Both the position numbers and the translations under genes were made by a program. The notes beneath the pieces were generated by a model. That model had not been told where the DNA came from. It saw nothing but the letters and a program-made list of their open reading frames with translations, and made no database searches. A DNA stretch of 64,000 bases, taken from the NCBI RefSeq assembly GCF_009914755.1, contig NC_060927.1. One strand, 5' to 3'. The stretch comes from the human T2T-CHM13v2.0 reference genome, Homo sapiens. Shown one piece after another: positions 37,783-52,146 of this stretch. Each line of letters opens with the position of its first letter. Position 1 is the first letter of the stretch.

Positions 37783-38110
37783 CAGGTGTTCTTAACCTGG
37801 AGTCTATGTCCTCTTGCTGATCTGTGAACCCGGATAAGGAAATGATTGCATTTTGTTTTCACTAACTTCACACTGAAATTTAACATCATATTCAATTATG
37901 AATGTAGGAAACAGACTACAGTAATATTACCAGGACCTGTGACTCTGTCCCAAATAGAAATCACAGGTATTGTCAAATCAAGTTAGAGTTATTGCAGATA
38001 TTTCAAACTACCATTTACATTCATCCCTCCTTCAGAGTTATAGCATTAGATTTACCTCCAGATCTTTTTATTTAATATGTTTTTTTTAAAGCATATTGCT
38101 AAACTACACA
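37783..38110. mobile_element. hAT-Charlie DNA transposon fragment
   Basis: caggtgttcttaacctggagtctatg terminus followed by AT-rich Charlie-like body. Confidence 0.55.
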
Positions 38111-39571
38111 TTTGTGCTCTCCCCTTTCCCATAGGGCTACCTCACCTCCCAGGAGAAAAGATTCAAAATCTAGGAGATTCATAATTTCAATATATTCCAT
38201 TGCTTGTGACTATTTATGGCCGTATTTGGTTCCTGAGCTAGAAACAGAAAAGTTATGGCCATGACAGAATTACTTGTCAAGGGACTATGATGGCCCTGCT
38301 AACCTGGGCTTTCTTGAGCTGTCTGCCCCGCTAGCTTTGATGAAATGCACATACACTGCTTGCATTTTCTGTGCAATGGCCAAGTGTAACAGGCAGCACA
38401 CATGTGGCAGATCGTAGCAGCGGGCCCTTGCCGGGTCAAGTCATACATCGCTGCACACCGGGGCTGTCTTAGGACATTGGACCTCCGAGCAGCCTGCAGA
38501 TCTTGGGAATTCCTCTGCCCCCTAAAGTATTCTTTGTCTTTAATCCAGTTGTTACAGTGAGTGAACCTGATTTGTTCCAGATGTCCTAAGATTTAGTGAT
38601 TCCGGAAACTACTCCTAAAGTCAAGGCTGATGAGGATTTGAATTCCTCTGTTAGCTGGGAACCAGCAGTTCTTTTCACAGTTAAACAGATGAGGCAGGAG
38701 GAGGGAGACTGAGCTGCCTTGAGGGACAGGGAGGGGCCCACTGACTGGCTTATTTGCCTTGTTAGAAAGAGGATGGCCTTTGAAGCAAATATCGATTCTA
38801 CCACTACATGGCTGGGGCCAAAGTCAGCTGGGCAGGGACATGGACGTGCTATTTTTTTTAAAGTAATACATATTTACCTTAATTATCTGAATGTTGTTGC
38901 TAGGGAAACCACTATTTTGGCTCAGATCATCTTAGTAAATGCTTTTTTCTCTCACTTTTTGAGCATAAAACTGGCCCAGGTGGGTACCTATGAGGGAGGT
39001 GGAGGTATTTCTGGCTTCCTATAAGTGAGTTTTTCAAACCAGAAATTCAGTCCCAGGAATGATTTCCCTGACCCACTGTAAATTTTAATTGAGGTGCGTT
39101 ACAGGGGTGCACTATGATCTCTCTCTGGAGTTAATAACCATATGGATCTGTTTTGCCTGATTAGAAGGGATTTCTAAAGCATGATGAGATGGGGAAGCAC
39201 AATTCAAACTACATGGCATAGTAACTCACTCCCAGAGGAAGTTAAAACATGTATACATACATATAGAATGTTCTGTTTAATATTATTGGTTTATGCAGTA
39301 TTTGAATATATAAATATGAATATAAAGCCACGTACAGTTATGGATTTAAAACAAAAGCAGAACTTAATTAATGTTGCTGTTTGGATTTTTTTCAAGTGTA
39401 TTTGAATGCAGACAAGTATCCAGATAGATGCTAGTGGAAGTCTGGGACAAGCTGTATAAGGGTATCAACCCAGGGTTCAGCTGGAGCTGGGCCAGACTAC
39501 TAGGTTGTGTATTTAGAGAAACTAGGGCAGGACTGCTGGAGAAGAAGCTGAGTGGTGCCAAGGTAGGGCAG

Positions 39572-39935
39572 TGATATGGTTTGGCTGTGTCCCCACCTAA
39601 ATCTCGTCTTGAATTGTAGCTCCCGTAATTCCCACATGTTGTGGCAGGAACCCGGTGGGAGGTAAATAAATCATGGGGGTGGGTCTTTCCTGTGTTGTTC
39701 TTGTAATAGTGAATAAGTCTCACGAGATCTGATGGTTTTATAAAGGGGAGTTCCCCTGCACACACTCTCTTGCCTGCCACCATGTAAGACGTGACTTTGC
39801 TTCTCATTCACCTTCCGCCATGGTTGTGAGGCCTCCCCAGCCATGTGGAACTGTGAGTCAATTAAACCTCTTTCCTTTATAAATTACCCAGTCTCAAGTA
39901 TATCTTTATTAGCAGTATGAGAACAGGCTAATACA
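39572..39935 (+). mobile_element. THE1B solo LTR (MaLR), sense to ITGA9
   Basis: tgatatggtttggctgtgtccccac...gaacaggctaataca, 364 bp; 5-bp TSD ggcag / ggcgg; TATAAA at 39739. Confidence 0.95.
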
Positions 39936-40659
39936 GGCGGGATAGGCACACCTGAGAAGGAGGACAGGGTCAGATAAGGTGGTAAGCTTTGAACAGAAGA
40001 AAGCGTATCATAGGGGATGTTGAGCTTGTTGGGATGAGGAGCATCCAATGGGCTAGAGCAGGTGGTTTAGGGCTGAGGCTGTAAACCACAGGGGATTACC
40101 TATGTTTATCTGGGGCAAGTTGCAGGATAACCACAGGACAAGACTAGTAGTTGGACAGAAATACCAATTTTTATTATTCTAGAATAGATTAAAATATAAA
40201 ATAAAATTAGATTTTCTCTAATATATTTAGAATTGAACCTTTTTGGGTACAATATTCTTTTTTAGTATTTCTTGGTGATTTTTTTTTTTACAACAAAAAA
40301 TAGAGCAATACCTTTCTTGGTTAGTAAAATAAATCCCTAAATATTTGCCACAATCTCTAGAATCTTCTAAATCAGGAAATTTTAATGATTTTCACAGCAG
40401 TGAAAATTGATATTCATATTCTAAATAATTCCATGTTTCACTGAAATCTGCAGGAATCGAAAACAATAGGCAGTCACTAACTAAAATGGGACAGCAAGAC
40501 AGAAACAGTTTCCTATCCCTGTAGGAAAGAGAAATCTCGGAGCTTTCATTGCATGAAAACCGACTCCATTTTAGTACCTCGTTGCACTTTAGGCTTTCCT
40601 TGTCCAGAGTTCTCACACATGACAGTGAGCTCCAACTACAACCTATTCCAAGCTGAGAG

Positions 40660-41124
40660 TAATGGACTGAGAATCTGAAAACATGACACATCAATCCATT
40701 CCCCACCTTTCCCCTGTGAGACTCAAAAAAACATTTCCCAGGCTCCCTTGCAGATAAGCTTCTTGGGAAGTTCAGCCAGTGGCATCACTGGTGTGAGATT
40801 GGAGAAAGGGAGGAGGAGAAAAGTCAGGGTGTTTCTCCTTAACTCCACTCACTTTAAGCAGCATCTCTGGCAGTAGCTACTTCTCCTCCACCGTCTTAGC
40901 TCCCTCTTGGCAGTCCCAGTCCCAGTCACAATCACAACACCTCCTCCCTCAGTCCCTCCAACTCTAAGGGTGTCAGCAGTTGCTTCTGATCTCAGCTTTT
41001 CCTTATCTTACCTTGTTTGCTCTTCTGGTTCTTTTCACACCTTTGTACCTGGTTCCCCATTTTAATCCCTTCTATGAACTACCTGGCATGGGTTCTGCTT
41101 TCCTCTCTGGACTCTGACTAATAC
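40660..41124 (+). mobile_element. Old MaLR LTR (MLT1K/L/N-like)
   Basis: acatttcccaggctcccttgcag...ttctgctttcctctctggactctgactaataca. Confidence 0.6.
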
Positions 41125-42421
41125 ATAGTGGGTTTGAATCCTGGTACTGCCACTAGTTACTAAATAAGTTATTAAGTTGTCTACCTTATTTAGTCCTCAA
41201 TGTCTTTGCAAAATGGGGAGGAGGTTGGTCTGTAATGAATTCTGAGATCCCTTGAAGCTTTGAAAATCCGTGAGTCTCTAAATTTTGATCTCATAATACA
41301 TATTCATGAAATGAGTGTATTTTTCTAGCTCCATTACAGAGATAGTTTTTATTATTTGCTTTCTAGGACATGGCCTTAGCCTTCATAATACTGTTTGTTT
41401 ACAGATTTCATGAAGGCATTTACCCTGGCATTGTACCACTAAAGGCTGATGTTGGCGGCATTATTCTTAGGAGACATAGAAATGTTGTGGTTTTGAGAAT
41501 GGGCTTTTATATTATTTGGCGTAGATTATTAAAGAACAGTTACCTGTGTCATGAAGGAGAGGCCCCCAGACTGGCACTTTGAATGCAAATTCTTCTGTGA
41601 CAAATCCAGGGGACTTTGGAATAACTCTCAGATATGGCAGTAGACTTAACTGTAAAAGCTCCCAGCCCACAGAGGTGAGCAGAGGCTGAGGAGTAAACAC
41701 CATACCAACATTCTGGGACAAAATAGCCTGAATGCTGTTGTACCTTGGAAATGCAATAGCAGCTGCCTTCCTAGGTGGGGAAGCTGAGAGCAGCCTCTTA
41801 CAGGAGTGCATGCCCTATAGACAGAGGCTCATGAACTTGTGCTTGCTGACATGTATATCTTCTTCAGTTGGTCCCTAGTGAGTCTACCCAAAGTGAATTG
41901 CACTGGGGAAATTCAGAAATATACACCCCTCAGATTCAACAAGGGTGGTATCTTGTGTGTTTCCTTTAAGTTATACCAGTTTATGGCAGGGGCAATGTTC
42001 AAAATAGTTAAGAACCTGCACAGCATGAGCACACCTACCTTTAAGAACAGTTGCCAGTCATAGAGAACTGGTACAGCTCCCCTGGTGCAACCCACTGATG
42101 GTCAGTCTGGGGCCAGGGGTGTCTTTGGTCACCCACACCCACATTTGGCTGGACTGTGAGGCCTGGGACTTGAACCACATCAGTAGAAATTGAGGCTATG
42201 GCACCTGGGATGTCTCCTTGTGACAGTTACGCAAGAAGGAAAGTGAACAGAATGTGGATCCCAAGGGTTGGGTAGGGTTTGTCCAGAGCCTTGGGTCCTT
42301 TCCAGAAGGAGCTTGGGCCCCTGTAATTCAGAGATATTCAGATTAACTGATCTGGTCTCCTGCCAGTGACAGGCCTCACTCACTGGACCATTCTCCTATT
42401 CAGAAAGCTGACATAGGATCC

Positions 42422-42870
42422 TGTAGCAGGAATGATCAGTGCTGGCTGCATCCCTTTTATATTTATGTGCTATGCTGGTATGCAGCTACTAGTAACTATA
42501 TCTCTTTGCCTTTTCTGCCTACCAAGTATCTTGCCAGAGGTACTGGGAGTAGATGTGCAGCCCCCCGCCTTTGCAGTAGCCCTCAACCAATGACTGACTA
42601 GAGTGGACACGTAAATATTCCCTCATCCCACAAATGGGATAACTCTGTTCTGCTCATGTGTTGCACAGTTTCCCAGAGCTCCCCAGCAAGATTAAGTTCC
42701 AGGTGCTCAGGGAGCTGACTGGCTTGATGTTGCTGCCTTTGCTGGTTGCCTGTCCTTCTGTGTCTCACTCTACCCCTTCCCTACTGGTGTTTTATGGAAC
42801 CACCTCTGGAATAAACAACTTGCTTTCAAACCTGTCTCCAGCTCTGCATCTGGGGGCGCCTGCACTGACA
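42422..42870 (+). mobile_element. ERVL LTR16-family LTR
   Basis: ccctcaaccaatgactgac...gggataactctg...aataaacaacttgctttcaaacc...ctgcatctggggg. Confidence 0.7.
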
Positions 42871-43100
42871 TTCTTTATTCCCTAGATCTGTGTGGCTTGC
42901 TACTTTTTTCTCCCACCACATCACAGGTAATGAATGAGGCTCATTTGCACAACATACAACTTTGGACATCAGATTTTGGTGAAACTCAAAATTACTTGGT
43001 GAGAAAGAAAAGCACACATATGTTACGCTTTTTTTTTCAGCATTTCACAATATTCACTAAAGCATTTTATAAGCAAGTGAGTTGTAGGAGCTAAATATGA

Positions 43101-43415
<315 letters not shown>

Positions 43416-43534
43416 CAAAACTATTTACTTTCATTTTTACCCAAATTTATTTCCCCTGGACGTCTACTTCACAAGCAGTAACATAAGCAAGTATGTATCA
43501 TTAAAGATTTATCACAAATCAACCATATTATATC

Positions 43535-43756
43535 GTAAGTAAAGTAAAACTGGTGAAACAAATTTAATGCAGTATATCCCAAAAGTAATTATTTGAGCAT
43601 GTAATCAATATTAAAACAACTGTGGAGATTTTTACATCTTTGAGTATCTGCTGTCTTTGAAAACTCATGTGTATGTTAAACTTAATTCAGACCAGCCACA
43701 TTTTAAGCGCTCAAATGCCACATGTTATCTGTAGCAACCATATGGGGCAGCTCTGG
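43535..43756. mobile_element. MER33-like hAT-Charlie fragment
   Basis: catgtaatcaata...agccacattttaagcgctcaaatgccacatg. Confidence 0.65.
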
Positions 43757-43761
43757 TCTAG

Positions 43762-44000
43762 CACATGAACTTCAGAGTTGTCCCACTCAATAGGCAAGGG
43801 AGCTGGGGTAATTATACAGCAGTTCCCATCAGTCATTGAGGGTTGCTGCAGAGCATGTCAGAGGCTTAATTCTTAGGCACTTTCCTGGCCTGCAGAAAAA
43901 AGCCCTCTGACAAAGAGATGGGGATACTGACTAGATAGAACTGCAGTCTGTGCAGGTTACACAGTGATAAGACCCCAGGTGGAACCACTTATAGCTGACT
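43762..44000 (-). mobile_element. LTR33-like fragment
   Basis: tcagagttgtcccac...gggagctggggta...cccatcagtcattgaggg. Confidence 0.6.
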
Positions 44001-45409
44001 ACATTTTTTAATATCTTCACTTTGGTGTTTTATTATTGTCAAATTACTTGCAATAATGTATCTTAAGTTGGTCACTCAAGAAAACTTGGTTAAATTCATG
44101 GGCCTAGAAGATCAACATCAAATCTTTGTCTTCAAGACCTAAGGGAATCTGGATGTGCCCTACACATATCTACTTGCCTCTCGCTAATCTTTCTGCTAAG
44201 AGTGTCCTTCTCCTGCCCCTTTCCATGTTATTTCTGCCCACCTTCATCCTCTGATCATGTTTATTTTTCTCTCTGGCTGGAATGTACTCCCTGTTTTTCT
44301 GCCCATCAATAGGCAGAGCATTTTACAAGCAAGTGAGTTTTAGGATCATTCTTTCAGATGTGGCTCAATTGCTACCTGTCTCTGGAAGCTTCATGTAATA
44401 ACTTCAGTCAACAGTGATATCTTTTCCCTGAGTTTCTCTTGCCCCTTGATCTTCACCTGTTCCTTTGGCAGGTCTTATCAACTTCATGGTTTATTTCCTG
44501 GGTAATTCATTTACCAGCATGCATTCAGGAGGTGCCTGACAGTCCTCACTTATTCCCTGTAGCTTAATTAACACCGTCTCTTAATTCTTCATGTTATAAT
44601 CAATTTATTTGGTATTTTTTGCTCATATCTCTCATAGAAAGACAACAGATGAGCAATTTTGGTTTTATGGTTTACTCATGTTTGTAATTTTAAACTCTGA
44701 AAATTGAAAAGCTTTGATAGTTGTCAACAAAGTACCCAGAAAGAAGGTTGCCCATGAGAGTGGCTAAAGACATCTAGAGTCATCTCAAATGCCTCCACAA
44801 ATTTCAAAGAAAATTGTCAAGAGAAAAGTTAAGCACCTCAGTAGCATTTGTAAAGAGATGACACCTTATGTTCTAAATATTCTCCCAGTATTCTAAAATA
44901 TTCTAAATGCTAAGGAAATAAACACAATTTTATTTATAATCTTATAGCCAAGTATGTTTCATATACATTGATACTATTTAGTTGCATTTTTATATGCTTT
45001 AGGAGCAATGGGAAAGGCAAAGGAGCACTGACTGGACCAGGGGTTAGAGCTCTGCCCTTGTCTGCTGAGTGGCCTTGGGGAAGTCATTTAACTGTCTGCC
45101 TTTATCTGCAAAATGGTGACCCAAATGGGCCCCCTTCCAGCTGTCAAATTCCATGTCTGATTTTATGATGTCTGCCCTTTTTAAGAATGGGAAGCATTGT
45201 TTGTGATTTCACATTGCAGGGGCTATTTACATGTATGATTTGCATCATTGATTTTATGATACATTGTTGAGAGTATCTGTGATTTTTTTGGAAGCTGAAT
45301 CCTTACTGAGGGCATGCTGCCCCTAGTTATGATATTGCTCCTAGGAAGAATAAAATCTGCTTCACAATGTCCTTTTTGGTATGATTTCCATGATTGAGAA
45401 AACTGGGGA

Positions 45410-45753
45410 TTGTATGTGTAGTACATCTGGTTTATCCACTTGTCTGTCCATGGACACTTTGGGTTGTGTCTACCCTTGGCTACTGTGAATAGTGCTGCTA
45501 TGAACATGGGGGAACAAATGTCTCTTTGAGTTCCTGCTTTCAGTTCATTGGGTAATAAACCCAAAAGTATAATTTTTGGGTTATATGACAATTCTATGTT
45601 TAATTATTTTGAGAAATGTTCATATTGTTTTCCAAGCAGCCACTCGATTTTACGTTCCTACCAACAGTGCACAAGGGTTTCAATTTCTCCACATTCTTGA
45701 CAATTCTTGTCTTCTGTTTTTTTGATAGTTGCCATCCTAATAGTCATGAAGTG
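45410..45753 (-). mobile_element. L1M ORF2 C-terminal fragment
   Basis: Minus ORF 45223-45591 contains PMFIAALFTVAK...PKCP. Confidence 0.85.
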
Positions 45754-48526
45754 GGAAAAAATAGTTTTTAAAAAGTAACAGATGGATAAACAACTAAGAG
45801 AAAGAAGGAAGGAGTGAAGGATGGACGGATGGACAGACTTGGCTGCCCTATACTATTATCCTAGTCATCATTGTTAAATATAGTTGTGGTTGGTAGATAC
45901 AATACCGATAATAATAATGATGGTGTAATGAGAATTTTTTTAATGCAAATATAGTTGGATGCATTTGATTAACACTTGTGCTAGCCTTTACTCAGGCTAG
46001 ATTTATGATGGCAGCAAAAGAAAAGGTCATGGTTTTTATGTCTAAGACTTAAGGAAAATCTAAGTGATCCAACAGAATATTATTAAGCACCATCCAAAAA
46101 ATTATCTGGATAGAAGAGGAAATTTTTGCTTTAGTTGCCTTAGTGATTCAGCATATGTGGTTGATATGGAAATGTATTGCATTTACCCAACAAGGAACTT
46201 TGAATGGTAATCCTAATGTACAGTGATGAATGAGGACAGAAAACAAGTTCTACAGAGATTTTCTGGCTTGACACAGCTGCCAAGATGTCATCAGTAACAT
46301 CTTCCATTGAGTATAGTGAATGAATTGGTGCTAAACTTAAGTACAAACCCAATAACGCAGTCAAAAAAAAGCCAGCTGCTATAAGATATACTTGGGTAGG
46401 ATTTTTAATAACAAATGAGCAATATATTTTCAGCAGGCTATATATATGCTGTAAGATAAGCTTTATAGAAGCAGTACACTTTGTATCTTATGTTGACTAC
46501 TAATAATGATTTTCATATAAAAGCACAGCAAAGAGATCCATGTACAAAGTAATATAACCCACTTAAAAGACTGCACAAGCAAATTAAAATAAATGGGGAA
46601 ATTTCTCAGGGAATAAAATTTCTTGAAGATTAGAAACACTGTTCCTCAATAAATAAGCACCCCTGGAATGTTTAGCACAAAAACTCTATGCTTGATCATT
46701 TTACTATTTCAGCAGGACTGTCAGAGAGGTTGGTCTTTGTGGAGTCCTGTTCCTTTCAGGTGTTTGTAAACTTTCTTGCCAAAGCCCTTCCCGACTGAGA
46801 TGGAGTTGATATTAGAGCCATGGCTGGGACAACCTTCATGCCAAAGGAGGTGTGCTGCTAGTTGCAACTCAGACCCTGCATGGCCGGGTGACCTCAGTTG
46901 GGTGGGTTCCCCTTTCTGGGGCTCAACTTCTTCATCTGTAAAATGTGAAGGGGGAGCTGATGATCTGTTGTGGGGATGTCATGGATGTTCATTCATTCAA
47001 GTGTTCACTGAACACCTGCTAGGAGAGACCAACCTCTCTGACAGTCCTGCTGAAAGATGAAAACAATCAGGCACGGGGTTTTTATGCTGAACATTCCACG
47101 GTGCTTAGTTATTTATTGAAGAAGAATCTTTCTGATATTCAAGGAATTTTATTCCCTGAGAAATTATGTGCCAGGCACTACTCTGTCACTAGGAGTTCAA
47201 CGATAAGCAAAGCCAGAGAAGGGTCCTACCCCTGATGTTTAGATTCTAGTAGGGGATAGACAGTCCTCAACCAAAAAGCCCCACAAACAAATGCATAACC
47301 ACAACTTCGATAAGTGCCATGAAGGGTTGATGGGGCACATGGGGGGTGGGGGGCTCATAATGGGAGGATTTATTTCACCTAGGCAGGGAGATCAGGAAGG
47401 ATCCCCTGGGGACATGATAGTCAGGGGGCTGGAGAATGTGGGTTATGTTGGAGAGGAATGAGTTTTGAAGGGATAGGAGTTGCTGGGTTCTCATACCAGC
47501 ACAGCGTCTTCTCTCTCTTCATCTCAATTTCCTCATCTCTCTAATATGGGCCTAATATCAAGACCCTTTCTCAGTGTTGTGAGGTTTCAGAAGGATGACA
47601 TATTTGACAACACCCAATATCATGCTGGCACATCACATTTTCATTTCATTTCTAAAAATAACTTTGGAAGCAGAGATGTGCTGTTTTAGTCAAAGACTTT
47701 TTTAGCTTTGGAGAAAGAATGAAACCCCAGCTTTGAGACTCCTCTAAAAAAAATCTGAGTTCACATTCTGCCCTGGAAGTTGCCTGGCTGCTTCCCTTAA
47801 TCACAGAGCCTTGTTTGAATCACTTGACTTTGAAATCCCAGGAATGACTTTGCTGTGTGATTAAGTGACAGAGGCCCAAGGTTTGGGGATTGGCAGAAGT
47901 TTAGATGTCCCTGGCCTGATCCCTTACCCTTTACATATAAGGAAAGGAAGCTGATCACATGAACAACTAAACTGGAATGAGGAGGCAGCCCCTCCTCCAT
48001 GGTCCTGGGCTCATCTATACTGTCTCCCTGCCAAATATTCCATGGAAACCTTGGACACTGTCTGATGTCAGGACTACTTATGAATGCCTGTCCACTTCCT
48101 TCTCAAGATAAAGCTAGGTTAGCACTCTCTCATAACTCAAGCCTGAGGTTTATTCTTTTAATCTTCCAAAAGCAAACAGAAGAACAGAAATAACCTATCC
48201 ACTGTTTAAGATTAAAATGGCCAACAATAATAAATAATTGCCACAATAGCTTGAGATCAGGGTCTTAATTTATTGGAGGCCGTTCAAGAATTTGCAGCTC
48301 TTAAGTTAATTTTTCACATCTTGTTTGGATCCTCAGAGCCCGTGCTTCCAAAGCAAGGCCATCATATTTCTCATTGCACATGTTATTCTTGTTGATGTGC
48401 CAGACATGCAGGAGAGTGAGGTCCTCTCTTCACGGATGGGTAATGAGGATTCCACCCCCCCAGAAATTAGTATTTCAAAGTATTTTTGCCTATGGAGATT
48501 TTGAAGAGTTCTCTTCTTTTGCATGG

Positions 48527-48989
48527 TGTATTAGCTGTATTAATGGTTGCAAACAAGAAAAACGTATGCTGGTTAATTTAAGCAGAAAAGGAATTTATTA
48601 AAAGGATGTGGGGTGGTTCAGAGCATAGACAAGAAGGCTGGGGAACCAACACAGGCAGGAAACAGAGGAGGCAAGTCTTAGTCCAGGGTTCCACCTCTGG
48701 GCCCTTTACTCCTCTGTAGCTACTTCAGATGATCCCTGGTGTCTCTGTGCAACCCTCAAAATTTGTAGCCCTGGGTGGGAGCATCTGTTCTCACATCGCT
48801 GCCACTTGATCACCCTTAGATCACATGATTTCACTTAGGCAAGTGCCCACACCCTAGTGATCAAGAAGAGGGGAAAGAGAGGGTCTGCCCCCTTTCTGCT
48901 GATGTGCCGCCCCACCTATCTTGAGATTCCCCCAAAACACGAGGATGTCAGGATGCTGAGTGGCCAAAAATAACAACTGTTCATTATAC
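48527..48989 (-). mobile_element. Old MaLR LTR (MLT1K/L-like)
   Basis: tgtattagctg...ggttaatttaagcagaaaaggaatttatt...ggatgctgagtggccaaaa. Confidence 0.65.
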
Positions 48990-48999
48990 AAACCCTTAT

Positions 49000-50945
49000 A
49001 TCCTTAATTACGTCTTCCATTAACTGGTTATCCGATTAAAACTGGCCACTCACATGGATTTATTTTGTTCAAAGGTCGCATCACACAATAATCATCAGTC
49101 TCTCATGCATCTTCATCCTTGTCATCTTCAGCCTCAGCCTTATCACCGTTCTCATCCTAGCCCCGTTCACTCACCCCTGTCCTGGGCCCCCATTTCCCTC
49201 CATCTCCTCACCTCTCAAACGTTCACCTCTTTCTCCTCCAACTCCCAGTCTTTCACCCTACTTCTATTTCACTACAAAATAGAAGCAATCACAGAGGAAT
49301 TCCCGCATGTTCCTACCACCCATCTACTAATGCATCTTCAGCTCACCTCCAGCCAGGCGAGAACAGTCATTCATCAGACCCCAGCAATTGTTGCCTGTCG
49401 TGTTTTCATTAATTGTTGCCTCTCTAATGGATCATTCCCATTAGCTTGCAAATATGCTATGATAATTCCCATCTTAATAAAAAAGAGCAAAAAAACTCCC
49501 TGGAGCCCACTTCCCCCACCAGCTACCATCCAATTTCTCTGTTCTCCTTTAGAGAAAAACTCCTCCAAATAGTTGTCTGTCCTCATTGCTTCCATTTGTT
49601 CTCCTCCTACATCTCTGAAACTCTCTCCAGTTAGGCTTTCCTCCCATCGTGCCACTTCAGCAGTTCTTATCAAGGTCACCAGTGACCTCCAGAAGGCTGA
49701 TTCCAATGGCCAGTTCTAATTATTCCCATTGTTCTGGCCTGTCTGCCATATTGGACAAAATTGATCCTTCCTTTCTTGAGACTGTCCTCTGTGACCATGT
49801 GGATGACTCCTCTCTCGATTTTCCTCTTCCTTCTCTAGCCATGCTTTTCCAGTCTTGTTGGCTGACACCTCCTCATCTTCAACTCCTAAATGTGAGTCCT
49901 CATTTCTATCTATACTCATTTCCTAGTGATCGTTTCTAGTCTGTCCCAAATGTATCCTAGCCCAGACCCCTCCTTCAACTCCAGACTCATGCATCCACCT
50001 GCCTCAAAATCTCCTTTAAAACCCAATAGGCATTTGGATTTTCTCTGCTGAACCTTCTCAACCCAGTCTTTCCCATCTCAATAAATGACAACTTTTCTCT
50101 TCTAGTTATTGAATCCAAAATCCTTGAAGCAGTCCTTGACTCCTCTTTTCCTAACACCCTTCATCCAGTCCATGAGAAAAATCTGTTGGCATGACCTTTG
50201 AAATGTGTCCAGAATATGACCCCTTCTCACCCCCTCAGCTGCCATCACCCTGGCCTTCACGTTCATCTTCTCACACCTGGATTGTCACAAGAGCCTCCTA
50301 CTCAGGCCCCCTGTTCCTCTCCTGGCCACTCCACAGACCGTTCACATCATAGCCAATGCGAGCCTCCTTTAAACACTAACGTCAAGTCACGCTGCTCCTC
50401 TGCTCAGAGCCCTGAAGGGGCTTCCGAGGGTCAAACCAAGGTCCCTGTGCTGGCCCTCAAGGCCCTGTGGGATCTGCTGCCCCAACTCCCTCAGTCCCTC
50501 TGAGCTCAATCCTTCCTGCTCTCTTTATCACTCCTCTCCAGCTGCACTGACCTCCTTGCTGTTACCTGCACATGCCAGGCACACGCCCACCTCAGGACTT
50601 CTCCTTTGCTAGTCCCCACATACCGTGTTTCTTGCTCCCCTTCTTTCTTCGGGTTTGTACTGAGAAGTCACCTCATCAGTGAGACTTCCCTGATCACCTT
50701 ATTGTAAATTGCACCCCACCTCCCTTGTAAGTCTGGCATGTTCTATCTTCCTTACCCTTTGTAAGTTTTCTCCACAGTTCTTACCACAATCTGACAGACA
50801 TATTTGCTTCTTTCTATGTGTGTTTTCTCTCTCCCTGAAGCTACCAGGACTCTGTTTTCTTTGCTGCTACTTCCCTAGCACGGAGTAGTGGCTGGCACAT
50901 GGTAGGCACTCAGAAATAACCGCATGAATTCATGTACAAATGAAT
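49000..50945 (+). mobile_element. L2a, about 1.9 kb 3' portion
   Basis: C/T-rich L2 body (ttcttatcaaggtcaccagtgacctcc; tccagactcatgcatccacctgcct) ending ggcacatggtaggcactcag...atgaat. Confidence 0.85.
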
Positions 50946-50989
50946 CCCACGCTTAGGTTGTTAAGTGCCTTATAGTTTTTGAAGTTTGA

Positions 50990-51150
50990 TGTACAAGATT
51001 TCATGTGAGCCTCTAAACAGTCTAGTGAGTTAGGCAAGGTAGAACCCTGTGCTTTACATGAGGAAGCTGAGGCCCTAGAGCTAACTGATTGCCCAAGGAC
51101 ACATGGCTAGTTAATGGGGCTCCTGGAACTTGTAGTTCTGATCTCGGTTT
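50990..51150 (-). mobile_element. MIR
   Basis: tttacatgaggaagctgaggc...ttgcccaaggacacatggctag. Confidence 0.7.
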
Positions 51151-51238
51151 CTGCCCCCCACCTTCAACTACCCCCTGTGCCTCATGTTATATTAGTGTAG
51201 GCCTCAGGGCATTCATTGCTGTCTATTTTTCGTTACAG

Positions 51239-51389
51239 TATGGATGAGAAAACCCTGTATCTAGCTTTGGGGGCTGTGAAGAACATCTCCCTAAACATCT
51301 CTATCTCCAACCTCGGAGATGATGCCTATGATGCCAACGTGTCCTTCAATGTTTCCCGGGAGCTCTTCTTCATCAACATGTGGCAGAAG
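51239..51389 (+). CDS. ITGA9: Integrin alpha-9 internal coding exon (probably exon 18); calf-1 domain, phase 2 to phase 0
   Basis: ttttcgttacag acceptor, AAG|gtaagg donor. AG+T completes Ser in frame with the previous exon, then MDEKTLYLALGAVKNISLNISISNLGDDAYDANVSFNVSRELFFINMWQK with the integrin N-x-G-D/E-x-A-Y motif. Confidence 0.96.
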
Positions 51390-51784
51390 GTAAGGAGGGC
51401 ATCCCTGTAAAAAGAGCAGTTGTTCCATCTGGTGCGCTTGCTGACTTTCATTATTGCCTGGAATAGGCAATGATTCTACAAGCACTAATCCTTTCTGTGG
51501 ACTATCATTTAGAATGATTAGAACTTTTTTCTTCCTGGGCTTAGAAAACATGTTGGTATAGCCAAAGAAGCAGCCGTAAATGCCCACAGAGTGCCAGAGA
51601 AGTGTCTGTATTTATGTAGTCTCCCATCCCTTCTCTCTTGTGGAATCCTCTCCCTATGGTTTTACATCTGGCCCCTTCTTGGAGATGATACAGTTGCTGT
51701 CTCCAGCACACACATGTTCTAGAGAATTCCAGTTTTAGGTCAGTAGTTGTGAAAGTAAGGGCAGATCACTGCTTGTCGTGTTAG

Positions 51785-52146
<362 letters not shown>

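Noticed and set aside
49054-49939. 172-aa and neighbouring ORFs
   Set aside because: Lie within an L2 remnant; chance open frames.
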